Below are positions 1 through 6,977 of a stretch of DNA of 22,032 nucleotides, piece by piece. Positions within the stretch are counted from its first letter, which is position 1. Each line of letters begins with the position of its first letter. A program made the translations under genes and the position numbers. Under the pieces are notes generated by a model. It was not told where the DNA came from, did no database searches, and worked only from the letters and a program-made list of their open reading frames with translations. Source of the stretch: a virus; the IMG/VR virus record IMGVR_UViG_3300025584_000027; one strand, 5' to 3'.

Positions 1-1
1 T

Positions 2-343
2 GCTTACTGTGGTGAACAAATACTAATTACAGAAATGCATGTTGATCATGTAAAACCATTAAGACGTAAAAACAAATACGATAAAAAAACAAAGAAATGG
101 AAAAGAACAGGTGTAGTTAGATCACCACAAAATGATACTATTGATAATATGCTTCCATCATGTGCACCATGTAACCTATGGAAACACTCAATGAATTTAG
201 AAAAATTTAGAAGAAGTGTATCAAATCAAGCAGAAAAATTATATAAAAAGAGTACAGGTTTTAGATTACTATTTAGATTTGATGTAATTGAATATAATGA
301 TAAACAAATTAAATTTTATTTTGAAACTATGGAAAACACATAA
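2..343 (+). CDS. HNH endonuclease-family protein, 5'-truncated by window edge
   Basis: Frame is open from base 2: AYCG...MHVDHVKP...DNMLPSCAPCNLWK, the (C)xYCG / DH / N..CxxCN pattern of Zn-binding HNHc nucleases. Confidence 0.85.
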   Translation, partial: AYCGEQILITEMHVDHVKPLRRKNKYDKKTKKWKRTGVVRSPQNDTIDNMLPSCAPCNLWKHSMNLEKFRRSVSNQAEKLYKKSTGFRLLFRFDVIEYNDKQIKFYFETMENT

Positions 344-358
344 AGGATGGAACATTCA

Positions 359-463
359 ATGATAATATTAAGTCTTTTAATTGTCGCAATAATAGTTATA
401 TCATTAGATATAGTACAAACTAAAAAAATAATCAATGATATCGAAAGAATGAGGCAGAAATGA
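359..463 (+). CDS. 34-aa single-pass membrane peptide (not in ORF track)
   Basis: MIILSLLIVAIIVISLDIVQTKKIINDIERMRQK; AAGGA upstream; its stop overlaps the next start (ATGA at 460-463). Confidence 0.6.
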   Translation: MIILSLLIVAIIVISLDIVQTKKIINDIERMRQK

Positions 464-699
464 TAATAGTAGATCTTTTAATAATATGTATAATGGTAGG
501 TTTAGCAGTATACTCAATCGAAAATAGGCGTATGAATGTCGAAAATGAGGAACAGATAAATAGACTTAATAAGATTGTTACTGACATCGAAAAGGATATT
601 GATACCGAAATTAAGGATATAAAAAGAATTTATGTAGTTCAAGCTGTTAAACTTAGAAATCTTGAAGAAAAAGATACTCTTTTAGCACAACAAAAATAA
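460..699 (+). CDS. Hypothetical protein with N-terminal transmembrane helix and coiled coil
   Basis: Hydrophobic N-terminus, then a charged helical tail; GAGG RBS; translationally coupled to the upstream ORF. Confidence 0.7.
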   Translation: MIIVDLLIICIMVGLAVYSIENRRMNVENEEQINRLNKIVTDIEKDIDTEIKDIKRIYVVQAVKLRNLEEKDTLLAQQK

Positions 700-715
700 T
701 ACTGGAGAAATCACA

Positions 716-1132
716 ATGAGATCAATAATACAATACTTAACTGAATCTGAAAAAGAAGTATATAAGATTCCTATGAAAGATAAAAAGAAAACTAAGAAAC
801 TAAATCCTAAAACAAATCGAATTAAAACTTTTAAAACTAATAAATATTTAGAAACTAACATACCTATAGAACAAAGAACTTTTAAAAATCTTCCAAGATA
901 TGCTGATAAAAAACCTAAAGTCCGGTTTCAAGATTGGTTTAAAATTGATTCTAATGGATGGTCACCTAATGGTAAGTGTTACGGTTATTCACACAGAGCT
1001 GTTCATGGTTTTAAAATAGGTGACAAAATAACATCTGATACTGGTGGTAACGAGGGTGGTAAAGAATTTGTTCTTAAAACTAGAGAACAGGTTCAGGAAA
1101 TGGCAAAGAAATTTGCTAAAAGTGTTTCTTAA
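716..1132 (+). CDS. Hypothetical protein with MRSIIQYLTE N-terminus (candidate head-internal protein)
   Basis: 138 aa; GGAG RBS; Lys-rich N-half and a C-terminal domain with YGYSHRAVHGFKIGD. Confidence 0.8.
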   Translation: MRSIIQYLTESEKEVYKIPMKDKKKTKKLNPKTNRIKTFKTNKYLETNIPIEQRTFKNLPRYADKKPKVRFQDWFKIDSNGWSPNGKCYGYSHRAVHGFKIGDKITSDTGGNEGGKEFVLKTREQVQEMAKKFAKSVS

Positions 1133-1137
1133 ATTTA

Positions 1138-1161
1138 TGTCTAAAACGTTGCGCAAGATCT
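1138..1161 (+). repeat. Boundary motif B, copy 1 (TGTCTAAAACGTTGCGCAAGATCT)
   Basis: Matches CTAAAACGTnGnGnnAGAnCT, seen five times in the window; lies 5 nt after the stop of 716-1132. Confidence 0.75.
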
Positions 1162-1232
1162 TAAGATTTAGAAAAATTAGAAGTAGAGGATCCCCACTCA
1201 ATAGACACATTGTCTAGTGAGTGAGGAAACTT

Positions 1233-1490
1233 TCAGAATAACCCCTTTGCTGTCGCGGTCGGCATCCAGGGGTCAAACCCTGGTTTTCGTTTCTCTTTTC
1301 TCCATTGGGACTTTGACAGTCCCAACAGTTTGCGGGTCTTCTTGACTCTCACAACCTTGGATGTGTTGACCCGAGCCGGGGTGGTCTTCGCAACCGGCTT
1401 CGCAACCGGTTTTACAACCCCCTTCGGAGCCTGTGTTTTACCACAAGCGAATATTTCCTTGTCGAACAATCTCATTACGAACATTCTCAT
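1233..1490 (-). CDS. Small basic Lys/Ala/Pro-rich protein
   Basis: AGGAGG RBS; first gene after promoter motif 1549-1572; KPVAKPVAK repeat; GC-rich codons. Confidence 0.75.
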   Translation of the reverse strand: MRMFVMRLFDKEIFACGKTQAPKGVVKPVAKPVAKTTPARVNTSKVVRVKKTRKLLGLSKSQWRKEKRKPGFDPWMPTATAKGLF

Positions 1491-1548
1491 GTCCTCCTAT
1501 TAAGATTTTATCCATACTTAATGTATGGCTTATTTACTTATATTATTA

Positions 1549-1572
1549 ATTTCTATATTAAAATGGAGAATA
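1549..1572 (-). promoter_or_regulatory. Motif A (putative phage promoter)
   Basis: ATTTCTATATTAAAATGGAGAATA on the plus strand; upstream of ORF 1233-1490. Confidence 0.75.
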
Positions 1573-1592
1573 CAAGAAAATCAAAAATTTCA

Positions 1593-1616
1593 TATTCTCG
1601 ATTTTAGTATAGAAAT
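1593..1616 (+). promoter_or_regulatory. Motif A, divergent copy driving the structured RNA
   Basis: TATTCTCGATTTTAGTATAGAAAT, 23/24 match to consensus. Confidence 0.75.
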
Positions 1617-1624
1617 TGTATAAG

Positions 1625-1960
1625 TGTGGGAAGAAACCCCTGGGAAAGTCTGATGGCTACCGAGCCTGAAGTCTTTAGATTAGGGGTTGGTAACCCCGAA
1701 ATCTTTGAGGGTACCACCCTCACTCTAGGATTGATTGGTTTGGTAACCATGAAGATCCGAAAAGGGTTCATACCCTGATAGGGCTGTAGTTCATACAGTC
1801 GAGTAGAGATAAGTTTCTACTATAAAAATCACAGAAGCGTACTGTATAACGCGCAGATTGTAGATATAATTACAATCGGCAGAAGCAACTGCCTTAACAA
1901 ACGATGCAAGAAAGCATCTAAAAACATCTATTTCTAATTTTTTAATTAGAAGTATTTTTT
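1625..1960 (+). ncRNA. Putative multi-hairpin structured RNA (about 330 nt)
   Basis: Own motif A promoter and terminator; GC-richer than flanks; about 12 short hairpins found by eye; only a 41-codon ORF (1653-1778) with a weak RBS. Confidence 0.65.
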
Positions 1961-1967
1961 TCTTTTT
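1929..1967 (+). terminator. Intrinsic terminator
   Basis: TATTTCTAATT-TTTT-AATTAGAAGTA hairpin followed by a T tract. Confidence 0.6.
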
Positions 1968-2013
1968 ATTAAAAAAAGATATACGCCCATATAATAGAGC
2001 GTATATTATTAAA

Positions 2014-2406
2014 TTATTTCTTTCCTAAAATTATTAATGAAAATGCATCATCTTCATCAACATCATCAAAATGCCCATTCATCCATTCAACACTAGTTAT
2101 CTTAATTTCTCTTTTAATAAGATTTCCTATTAATTTAGAAATTTCATTAAATCGATTGTACAAACTAAATTGTACTGTTCCACCTTTTTTTAAAACTCGA
2201 ATAATATCATCATATTTATGTAGATACGTTCCTACACATTGATTGCTATGTATTTTATCAAATGTATTATCTTTAAAAGGGAGATACTCACCATCAGCAA
2301 ATATAAATGATTTAGGATTTTCTATATAAGACTCAAGTGATAAATCATTATCTATATTAACATAATTTTCTGGTCCATAATTAGCACTACCAATATTAAG
2401 TTTCAT
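2014..2406 (-). CDS. Small class I SAM-dependent methyltransferase-like protein (Methyltransf_11-like)
   Basis: LNIGS (motif I), NIDN, ADGEYLPFKDNTFDKI and IIRVLKKGG follow the typical DA..LPF.D.SFD...RVLKPGG pattern. Confidence 0.75.
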   Translation of the reverse strand: MKLNIGSANYGPENYVNIDNDLSLESYIENPKSFIFADGEYLPFKDNTFDKIHSNQCVGTYLHKYDDIIRVLKKGGTVQFSLYNRFNEISKLIGNLIKREIKITSVEWMNGHFDDVDEDDAFSLIILGKK

Positions 2407-2417
2407 TTAATAACCTT

Positions 2418-2573
2418 TCAGAAATTTACATAATATTTCTTATGAAATTCTCTTTCGAAATTGTTAAAGAATTTATTGACATAAGGTTTGATCAAATGAT
2501 TGACTTGTTTCTTCCACTGGACGAAATCTTGAGTTGACAAGACTGCGTTTTCGTACACTCGGAAATAGAACAT
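2418..2573 (-). CDS. 51-aa hypothetical protein (not in ORF track)
   Basis: AAAGGAGG RBS; MFYFRVYENAVLSTQDFVQWKKQVNHLIKPYVNKFFNNFEREFHKKYYVNF. Confidence 0.7.
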   Translation of the reverse strand: MFYFRVYENAVLSTQDFVQWKKQVNHLIKPYVNKFFNNFEREFHKKYYVNF

Positions 2574-2696
2574 TAGGTTGTCCTCCTTTGATTTGAAATA
2601 ATTTAAAAAGATATACGCTCATAATAGGGTGTGAAATAAAACACGCTCCGAAGAGCATGTATCAGCGTTTTAGACACGGGCTGCTGATCGCACCCT

Positions 2697-2858
2697 TTAA
2701 TTTAAACTTTCAGATGACCGCTGGCGATTCTCGCCAGTCTCATTGTATCTGAACTGACTACATAACGTTCCGGGAACATACCCGTCAACTACTTGACGAG
2801 CCACTTCTTCCTGGGCTTCAATCGATGGCATGGGTAGAACTTTATGACTTATATTCAT
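2697..2858 (-). CDS. 53-aa hypothetical protein (not in ORF track)
   Basis: AAGGAGG RBS; first gene after motif A 2929-2952; MNISHKVLPMPSIEAQEEVARQVVDGYVPGTLCSQFRYNETGENRQRSSESLN. Confidence 0.65.
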   Translation of the reverse strand: MNISHKVLPMPSIEAQEEVARQVVDGYVPGTLCSQFRYNETGENRQRSSESLN

Positions 2859-2928
2859 TTCACTTCCTCCTTCAAGATTTTAAACAAGATGAGAATACTA
2901 GATCATTCTAGTGCTTCTCATATATATA

Positions 2929-2952
2929 ATTTCTATATTAAAATTGAGAATA
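2929..2952 (-). promoter_or_regulatory. Motif A (putative phage promoter)
   Basis: ATTTCTATATTAAAATTGAGAATA; followed on the minus strand by a 5' hairpin (2890-2920) and an RBS. Confidence 0.75.
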
Positions 2953-2968
2953 TATAATTAATTTTTCC

Positions 2969-2992
2969 AGCTCTTCCGCAACGTTTTAGTCA
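2969..2992 (-). repeat. Boundary motif B, copy 2
   Basis: Reverse complement TGACTAAAACGTTGCGGAAGAGCT is 21/24 identical to the copy at 3701-3724. Confidence 0.8.
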
Positions 2993-3017
2993 ACTACTTT
3001 TATAAAGGATCAAAAAT

Positions 3018-3707
3018 ATGAGATCAATAACTAAATATTTAACAGAGTTATCTTTTATTAAGAAAGTACCATTAAGGTTATACTTAAAAAATTATATTTT
3101 ACCAATCTATAATAATTTCGATAAGGGACACGATCAAAGACATGCTGTAGAAGTAGCTAACTTTTGTGTACTGTTATCCAAGAAATTAAACAATGTAGAT
3201 CCGGATGTTGCATATTGTGTTGGTCTAATGCATGATGTAGGACTAAAAAATAATAGAGATTTTCATCATATAGAATCAGGTAAATACATTAGAGATAGTA
3301 ACTTTCTTAAGATGATATTTAGTAAAGAACAAATCAAATTAATTAAAGAAGCTGTAGAAGATCATAGAGCTTCAAATAAAAAATCACCAAGAAATATATA
3401 TGGTAAAATAGTTTCAGATAGTGATAGATCAGATGGTTTAGATATTGATATTTTCATAAGAAGGTGTTGGGGATATAGGGAAAGCTGGCAGAAAACTATG
3501 TCTGATGTTAAAATATTTAACGATATATTTGGGTATCTACCAATATGGATTAAGAAAGTTAAATTTATACTTCCTGAAACTAAAGATCTTCTTAAAAATA
3601 AGTTTAATGAATTAAAAAAATATTCAAAAAATAAAAAACTGTTTTACAATATATGTAAACAGATGAGAAAAGATGGTGTGTTAAAAAGAACTTATGATAA
3701 TGACTAA
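3018..3707 (+). CDS. HD-domain metal-dependent phosphohydrolase with MRSITKYLTE N-terminus
   Basis: GHDQRH...GLMHDVG...HHIES...EDHR...SDSDR gives the H...HD...D metal-ligand pattern. Confidence 0.85.
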   Translation: MRSITKYLTELSFIKKVPLRLYLKNYILPIYNNFDKGHDQRHAVEVANFCVLLSKKLNNVDPDVAYCVGLMHDVGLKNNRDFHHIESGKYIRDSNFLKMIFSKEQIKLIKEAVEDHRASNKKSPRNIYGKIVSDSDRSDGLDIDIFIRRCWGYRESWQKTMSDVKIFNDIFGYLPIWIKKVKFILPETKDLLKNKFNELKKYSKNKKLFYNICKQMRKDGVLKRTYDND

Positions 3708-3724
3708 AACGTGGCGCGAGAGCT
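3701..3724 (+). repeat. Boundary motif B, copy 3 (contains the HD gene stop codon)
   Basis: TGACTAAAACGTGGCGCGAGAGCT; the TAA at 3705-3707 is the stop. Confidence 0.8.
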
Positions 3725-3742
3725 GAAGAGCTAGAAGAAAAT

Positions 3743-3767
3743 AAAGGACCCTTGTAAAGAGTCCTTT
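3743..3767 (-). terminator. Intrinsic terminator between convergent genes
   Basis: AAAGGAC/GTCCTTT 7-bp stem with a U-rich tail on the minus strand. Confidence 0.5.
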
Positions 3768-3777
3768 GGAGGTGGTT

Positions 3778-3954
3778 TTATTCTGGATCTGGAGTCCCCC
3801 TTGACTCCAGAATCTCTGTTGCTTCTTTCCGAACACCTTCGGGAATCCGAAGATGTGTTGTGGCTAACTGCCACAACTTATAGTTTGAAGATTCCTCCAA
3901 ACTACTGTAAAATTTGTGGCGCATGAACGGCTCCAACGCCATATAACTTTGCAT
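3778..3954 (-). CDS. 58-aa hypothetical protein (not in ORF track)
   Basis: AAAGGAGGT RBS 6 nt upstream; MQSYMALEPFMRHKFYSSLEESSNYKLWQLATTHLRIPEGVRKEATEILESRGTPDPE; first gene after motif A 3990-4013. Confidence 0.65.
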   Translation of the reverse strand: MQSYMALEPFMRHKFYSSLEESSNYKLWQLATTHLRIPEGVRKEATEILESRGTPDPE

Positions 3955-3989
3955 TTACATACCTCCTTTAGTAGGTTTATACTATATTA

Positions 3990-4013
3990 ATTTCTATATT
4001 AAAATGTAGAATA
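3990..4013 (-). promoter_or_regulatory. Motif A (putative phage promoter)
   Basis: ATTTCTATATTAAAATGTAGAATA. Confidence 0.75.
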
Positions 4014-4024
4014 CAAGAAAAAAA

Positions 4025-4183
4025 TCATGGATCCTCTCGGACCCATCTACGACAAACCTTTCGATTTGTCTCTTTCTTTTTGTCTTTATGTGGAATGTCA
4101 CTACACGTAACATACCACCGTTTCTCTTTCGGTTTTTCAATAGGATCACCGAAAACCTTTTTGAATAGTTTTGATTTTTTCAT
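4025..4183 (-). CDS. 52-aa basic hypothetical protein (not in ORF track)
   Basis: AGGAGG RBS; ATGA overlap with the upstream gene; MKKSKLFKKVFGDPIEKPKEKRWYVTCSDIPHKDKKKETNRKVCRRWVREDP. Confidence 0.7.
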   Translation of the reverse strand: MKKSKLFKKVFGDPIEKPKEKRWYVTCSDIPHKDKKKETNRKVCRRWVREDP

Positions 4184-4413
4184 GATTCTTCCTCCTTTTC
4201 TAGACAGACGACACAGAGGTTATGAGTTCGATGGACAAATTGTACTGACCCACATTTCTTACATCGTGGGCTGTCCATAACCATTATAAACAATGCATTT
4301 TCTTTTAAATAGTGACCAATATTTTCCAGACTAGTAGTCATCACAATCAATTGATCTCCTAAGTAAGCGGACCAATGATCATTTTCCTCTTTTCGAATTG
4401 TAATGTCTTTCAT
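4180..4413 (-). CDS. Hypothetical protein with C-terminal CxxC-CxxC zinc ribbon
   Basis: RCKKCG...LCVVC; GGAGG RBS; overlapping-gene operon. Confidence 0.75.
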   Translation of the reverse strand: MKDITIRKEENDHWSAYLGDQLIVMTTSLENIGHYLKENALFIMVMDSPRCKKCGSVQFVHRTHNLCVVCLEKEEES

Positions 4414-4658
4414 TTCTTTCCTCCTTTTATAAATTTATCAAAAACCCAATCTCCTTTTTGTGGATTGAGTTCTTGGAAAATATGCCGAATACAGTTCCAT
4501 TGTTTGCTACTAATTAAACTAACAATGTAAACTGTTAAACAGTCATTGTATAATTTAGATTCCTCTCCATAGAAAAGATCTCCGTCATTCTCCTTCAACT
4601 CCATCTTAATGAGATGAAGAAGGGACTTGAAGTTTTCTTTTCGAATCTTATTGTTCAT
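4410..4658 (-). CDS. Hypothetical protein
   Basis: GGAGGAG RBS; ATGA overlaps at both ends. Confidence 0.75.
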   Translation of the reverse strand: MNNKIRKENFKSLLHLIKMELKENDGDLFYGEESKLYNDCLTVYIVSLISSKQWNCIRHIFQELNPQKGDWVFDKFIKGGKK

Positions 4659-5017
4659 AACAACTCCTCCTTTTTAATAGAATCGTCGATCTCCCAATAG
4701 GGATATGGTTCTGATTTATAATGACAGCCCATTTGTAAATGATGAGCCATATCACAAATCATTGGTCCAATAATCTGGCGTCTCTCCCAATTAGCAATAT
4801 TAGGAATAAACGTCAGTTTTGCGAGTTCTTTTTTACCACGACTGAAAATCGCGATTCCGAACTCCCAGTTGATGCTGCAATGACCTGATTGAAAAGTAAT
4901 TTCCATTTTTTCCATATTCTCCTCCTCTTGGGTTTCGCGAAATTCTTCGGGGAGATCTTCTTCCTCGAAATTGACAGGATAATCGTTTTCATGCCACATG
5001 TCTGGAAATTGTTCCAT
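4655..5017 (-). CDS. Acidic hypothetical protein (start probably ATG at 5017)
   Basis: AAGAGG precedes the ATG of MEQFPD; the ORF-track GTG start lies inside that RBS. Confidence 0.7.
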   Translation of the reverse strand: MEQFPDMWHENDYPVNFEEEDLPEEFRETQEEENMEKMEITFQSGHCSINWEFGIAIFSRGKKELAKLTFIPNIANWERRQIIGPMICDMAHHLQMGCHYKSEPYPYWEIDDSIKKEELL

Positions 5018-5113
5018 TAACACCTCTTTTATAAGAATTCACAGATTTCAGGATCGTCGATTATTTCTTCTCGATCCCCGGAAACAGTCAAACGCCAGAC
5101 ACCAGTCGTCTGA

Positions 5114-5260
5114 TCAACTCGACGACCTGTTTTCGTTCTCTGTTGGAGTCAACAAAACTCCTCGACCGATCCACACTATTAATTTACGTGAATCGTGTGC
5201 GTCATGTCGGATTTCAACAAACCGAAATCCTCGATCGTTTTGATCAACATTTAATTTCAT
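5114..5260 (-). CDS. 48-aa hypothetical protein, possibly a frameshifted 76-aa gene
   Basis: GAGGAGG RBS; first gene after motif A 5332-5355; the +1 frame stays open to the TAA at 5029-5031. Confidence 0.55.
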   Translation of the reverse strand: MKLNVDQNDRGFRFVEIRHDAHDSRKLIVWIGRGVLLTPTENENRSSS

Positions 5261-5331
5261 TATATACTTCCTCCTCTTTAATATTTAAAGTAGATGTTAA
5301 GTACTAACAATTAGTGCTTAACATATATATT

Positions 5332-5355
5332 ATTTCTATATATAGATTGAGAATA
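5332..5355 (-). promoter_or_regulatory. Motif A (putative phage promoter)
   Basis: ATTTCTATATATAGATTGAGAATA; followed by a 5' hairpin (5294-5324). Confidence 0.7.
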
Positions 5356-5357
5356 AG

Positions 5358-5565
5358 AAAAAACTGAATTTATAAAAACAGTAAAACTATGAGGCACCTG
5401 AATTGGTGTTAGCTTCCCTCACTAAAGCTGGTAATCATTTTTTCATACCCACAGTTGGATACGGACATAAGGTTACCAACCTATATGTCTGACCTATCGC
5501 ATATCTTTTACACCGCGTCCGGTGTGGATACTCTGACGGATAGGATTATCAGAGTCCGGATGTAC
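5358..5565 (-). ncRNA. Putative structured RNA (about 200 nt) with a possible pseudoknot
   Basis: Own motif A promoter; no RBS-led ORF; several stems; loop CCUAUC is complementary to downstream GAUAGG. Confidence 0.55.
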
Positions 5566-5572
5566 ATATATT

Positions 5573-5596
5573 ATTTCTATATCAAAATCTAGAATA
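5573..5596 (-). promoter_or_regulatory. Motif A (putative phage promoter)
   Basis: ATTTCTATATCAAAATCTAGAATA. Confidence 0.7.
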
Positions 5597-5696
5597 TAAT
5601 AAACGAGAATATCAAACCAGAATAAATTCTGAAATGTAAAAATCCGCTATATCCAGTGATATAACAAATATTGGAAAATGCTCTTCATTATATATT

Positions 5697-5720
5697 ATTT
5701 CTATATTAAAATCGAAAAAA
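5697..5720 (-). promoter_or_regulatory. Motif A (putative phage promoter)
   Basis: ATTTCTATATTAAAATCGAAAAAA; no ORF lies between it and the next promoter. Confidence 0.7.
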
Positions 5721-5764
5721 CAAGAAAAATACTTGGAGGTCCGAAAACCTCCATAAAATTAAAC

Positions 5765-5884
5765 TCATTCCCAACCCAGATTTTTACGGGCAGCAGCGAA
5801 AGCAATGGTCTTATTTTTACCTCTTGCTATAACTACTCCATTATATTTTACATACCAAATACCACCAATCACTGAGTAGGTCAT
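5765..5884 (-). CDS. 39-aa microprotein (not in ORF track)
   Basis: AAAGGAG RBS; MTYSVIGGIWYVKYNGVVIARGKNKTIAFAAARKNLGWE. Confidence 0.65.
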   Translation of the reverse strand: MTYSVIGGIWYVKYNGVVIARGKNKTIAFAAARKNLGWE

Positions 5885-5929
5885 CTCTTTCTCCTTTACT
5901 AGAATTTAAAAAAAGTACTAGATTTATGA

Positions 5930-6028
5930 TTATAAAGAGAAGTGCCTTACGGCAACTCATTCTCTAGGATTGGTCTACCAGCTATTATGACCGATAGGCA
6001 TCAAGTGGGCTTTCACCTCCACTAATCC
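5930..6028 (-). ncRNA. Structured 5' leader or small RNA
   Basis: GGAUU/AAUCC closing stem, a GAAA-capped stem and a UGCC-GUAA-GGCA hairpin lie between the promoter and the 39-aa ORF. Confidence 0.4.
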
Positions 6029-6039
6029 TTTATTATATA

Positions 6040-6063
6040 ATTTCTATATTAAAATCGAGAATA
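6040..6063 (-). promoter_or_regulatory. Motif A (exact consensus)
   Basis: ATTTCTATATTAAAATCGAGAATA, identical to 11416-11439 and 11839-11862. Confidence 0.8.
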
Positions 6064-6066
6064 TAT

Positions 6067-6100
6067 AAAAAATTACCCCTCTCTAATGTGAGAGGAGTAA
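6067..6100 (-). terminator. Intrinsic terminator of the 10140-6122 operon
   Basis: TTACCCCTCTC/GAGAGGAGTAA stem with a U tract on the minus strand. Confidence 0.65.
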
Positions 6101-6121
6101 GAGGAGTAAGTAAGATTTTAA

Positions 6122-6331
6122 CTAACTTAAAGTAATTTTAAGATATGGTTTTTCTTCACCATCTTCATTATCAAAGAGATAACCATATGAATGCATAATG
6201 TCTGAAATCGTCAATACTTTATCATTTTTTGACTGAATCTTATCACCAATCGAAGGCCTACAACTAATTTCTTTTGGCCATATTTCACCAATATAATCAT
6301 CTGATTTTATATGACATTGAATTCTAATCAT
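6122..6331 (-). CDS. Hypothetical protein
   Basis: AAGGAG RBS; part of a tightly packed operon. Confidence 0.7.
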   Translation of the reverse strand: MIRIQCHIKSDDYIGEIWPKEISCRPSIGDKIQSKNDKVLTISDIMHSYGYLFDNEDGEEKPYLKITLS

Positions 6332-6343
6332 TTTAAAGTCTCC

Positions 6344-6541
6344 TTATTTAATTTCAAAATTAGGGATTTTTAATTCTTGACATAAATCATGTGTTTTAAG
6401 TGATTCTTTATATTGCTTATTATCAAATAGTTGATTGTGATAACACTTTAATGCTTCTTTAATAATTTCTAGTTCTTCTTTGCTATCTATTTCTAGTTCA
6501 TATGGTGATGGAAAATCTGTCAGATGTTTAATTAGTTTCAA
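6344..6541 (-). CDS. Hypothetical protein
   Basis: GAGGA RBS; ATGA overlap. Confidence 0.7.
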   Translation of the reverse strand: MKLIKHLTDFPSPYELEIDSKEELEIIKEALKCYHNQLFDNKQYKESLKTHDLCQELKIPNFEIK

Positions 6542-6966
6542 TTTTTATCCTCTCTTTCAAATTCATATGTAAGATTAATCATTTCGATTAAATCTTTTTT
6601 TATATTTATTGAATCTTCATAATATCTAACCATTCCTGGAACATAATTATCCCAACCAATCATAGTTTGTCTTAATCGTTCATCTTGATCATTGAATACT
6701 ATAATTGTACACGGTAAATGATCATCTTCATAAATATCGACTACTTCCACTTCTGATATATCAGAAACATCAGTTATATCCACTAATGATTCTTGTTCTT
6801 CTTTTGGAATATGATCAATCATTAATTCTTTTAATTCTTTTCGAATCATAATTTCTACTTTTACTACTTCTATTGGTTCTTCATATTTTAAAGAATATTT
6901 ACCTATCGCTGTCGATGGATCTTCTTTTATAAGATTTACTAATTCATCATATTGCATATTCATCAT
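6538..6966 (-). CDS. Acidic hypothetical protein
   Basis: AAGGAG RBS; 142 aa. Confidence 0.75.
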   Translation of the reverse strand: MMNMQYDELVNLIKEDPSTAIGKYSLKYEEPIEVVKVEIMIRKELKELMIDHIPKEEQESLVDITDVSDISEVEVVDIYEDDHLPCTIIVFNDQDERLRQTMIGWDNYVPGMVRYYEDSINIKKDLIEMINLTYEFEREDKN

Positions 6967-6977
6967 GATATTTCTCC

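Noticed and set aside
1648-1672. Hammerhead ribozyme core (CUGAUG...stem...GAA)
   Set aside because: The sequence is CUGAUGG and UGAAG rather than CUGANGA and GAAA, and stems I and III could not be built.
1641-1850. RNase P RNA (GGAAAGUC near 1643, ACAGAA at 1831)
   Set aside because: No 3' partner able to form the P4 helix (GCUU-type) is present, and the architecture is a string of local hairpins.
2676-2690. Second group I intron suggested by AUCAGCAGCC on the minus strand
   Set aside because: No accompanying P7 (GACUA/UAGUC) or P3 elements and no interrupted gene.
2969-3724. Integron attC sites or an IS element around the HD gene
   Set aside because: There is no local attC hairpin, no integrase or transposase in the window and no target duplication. 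It is retained only as an unexplained inverted repeat.
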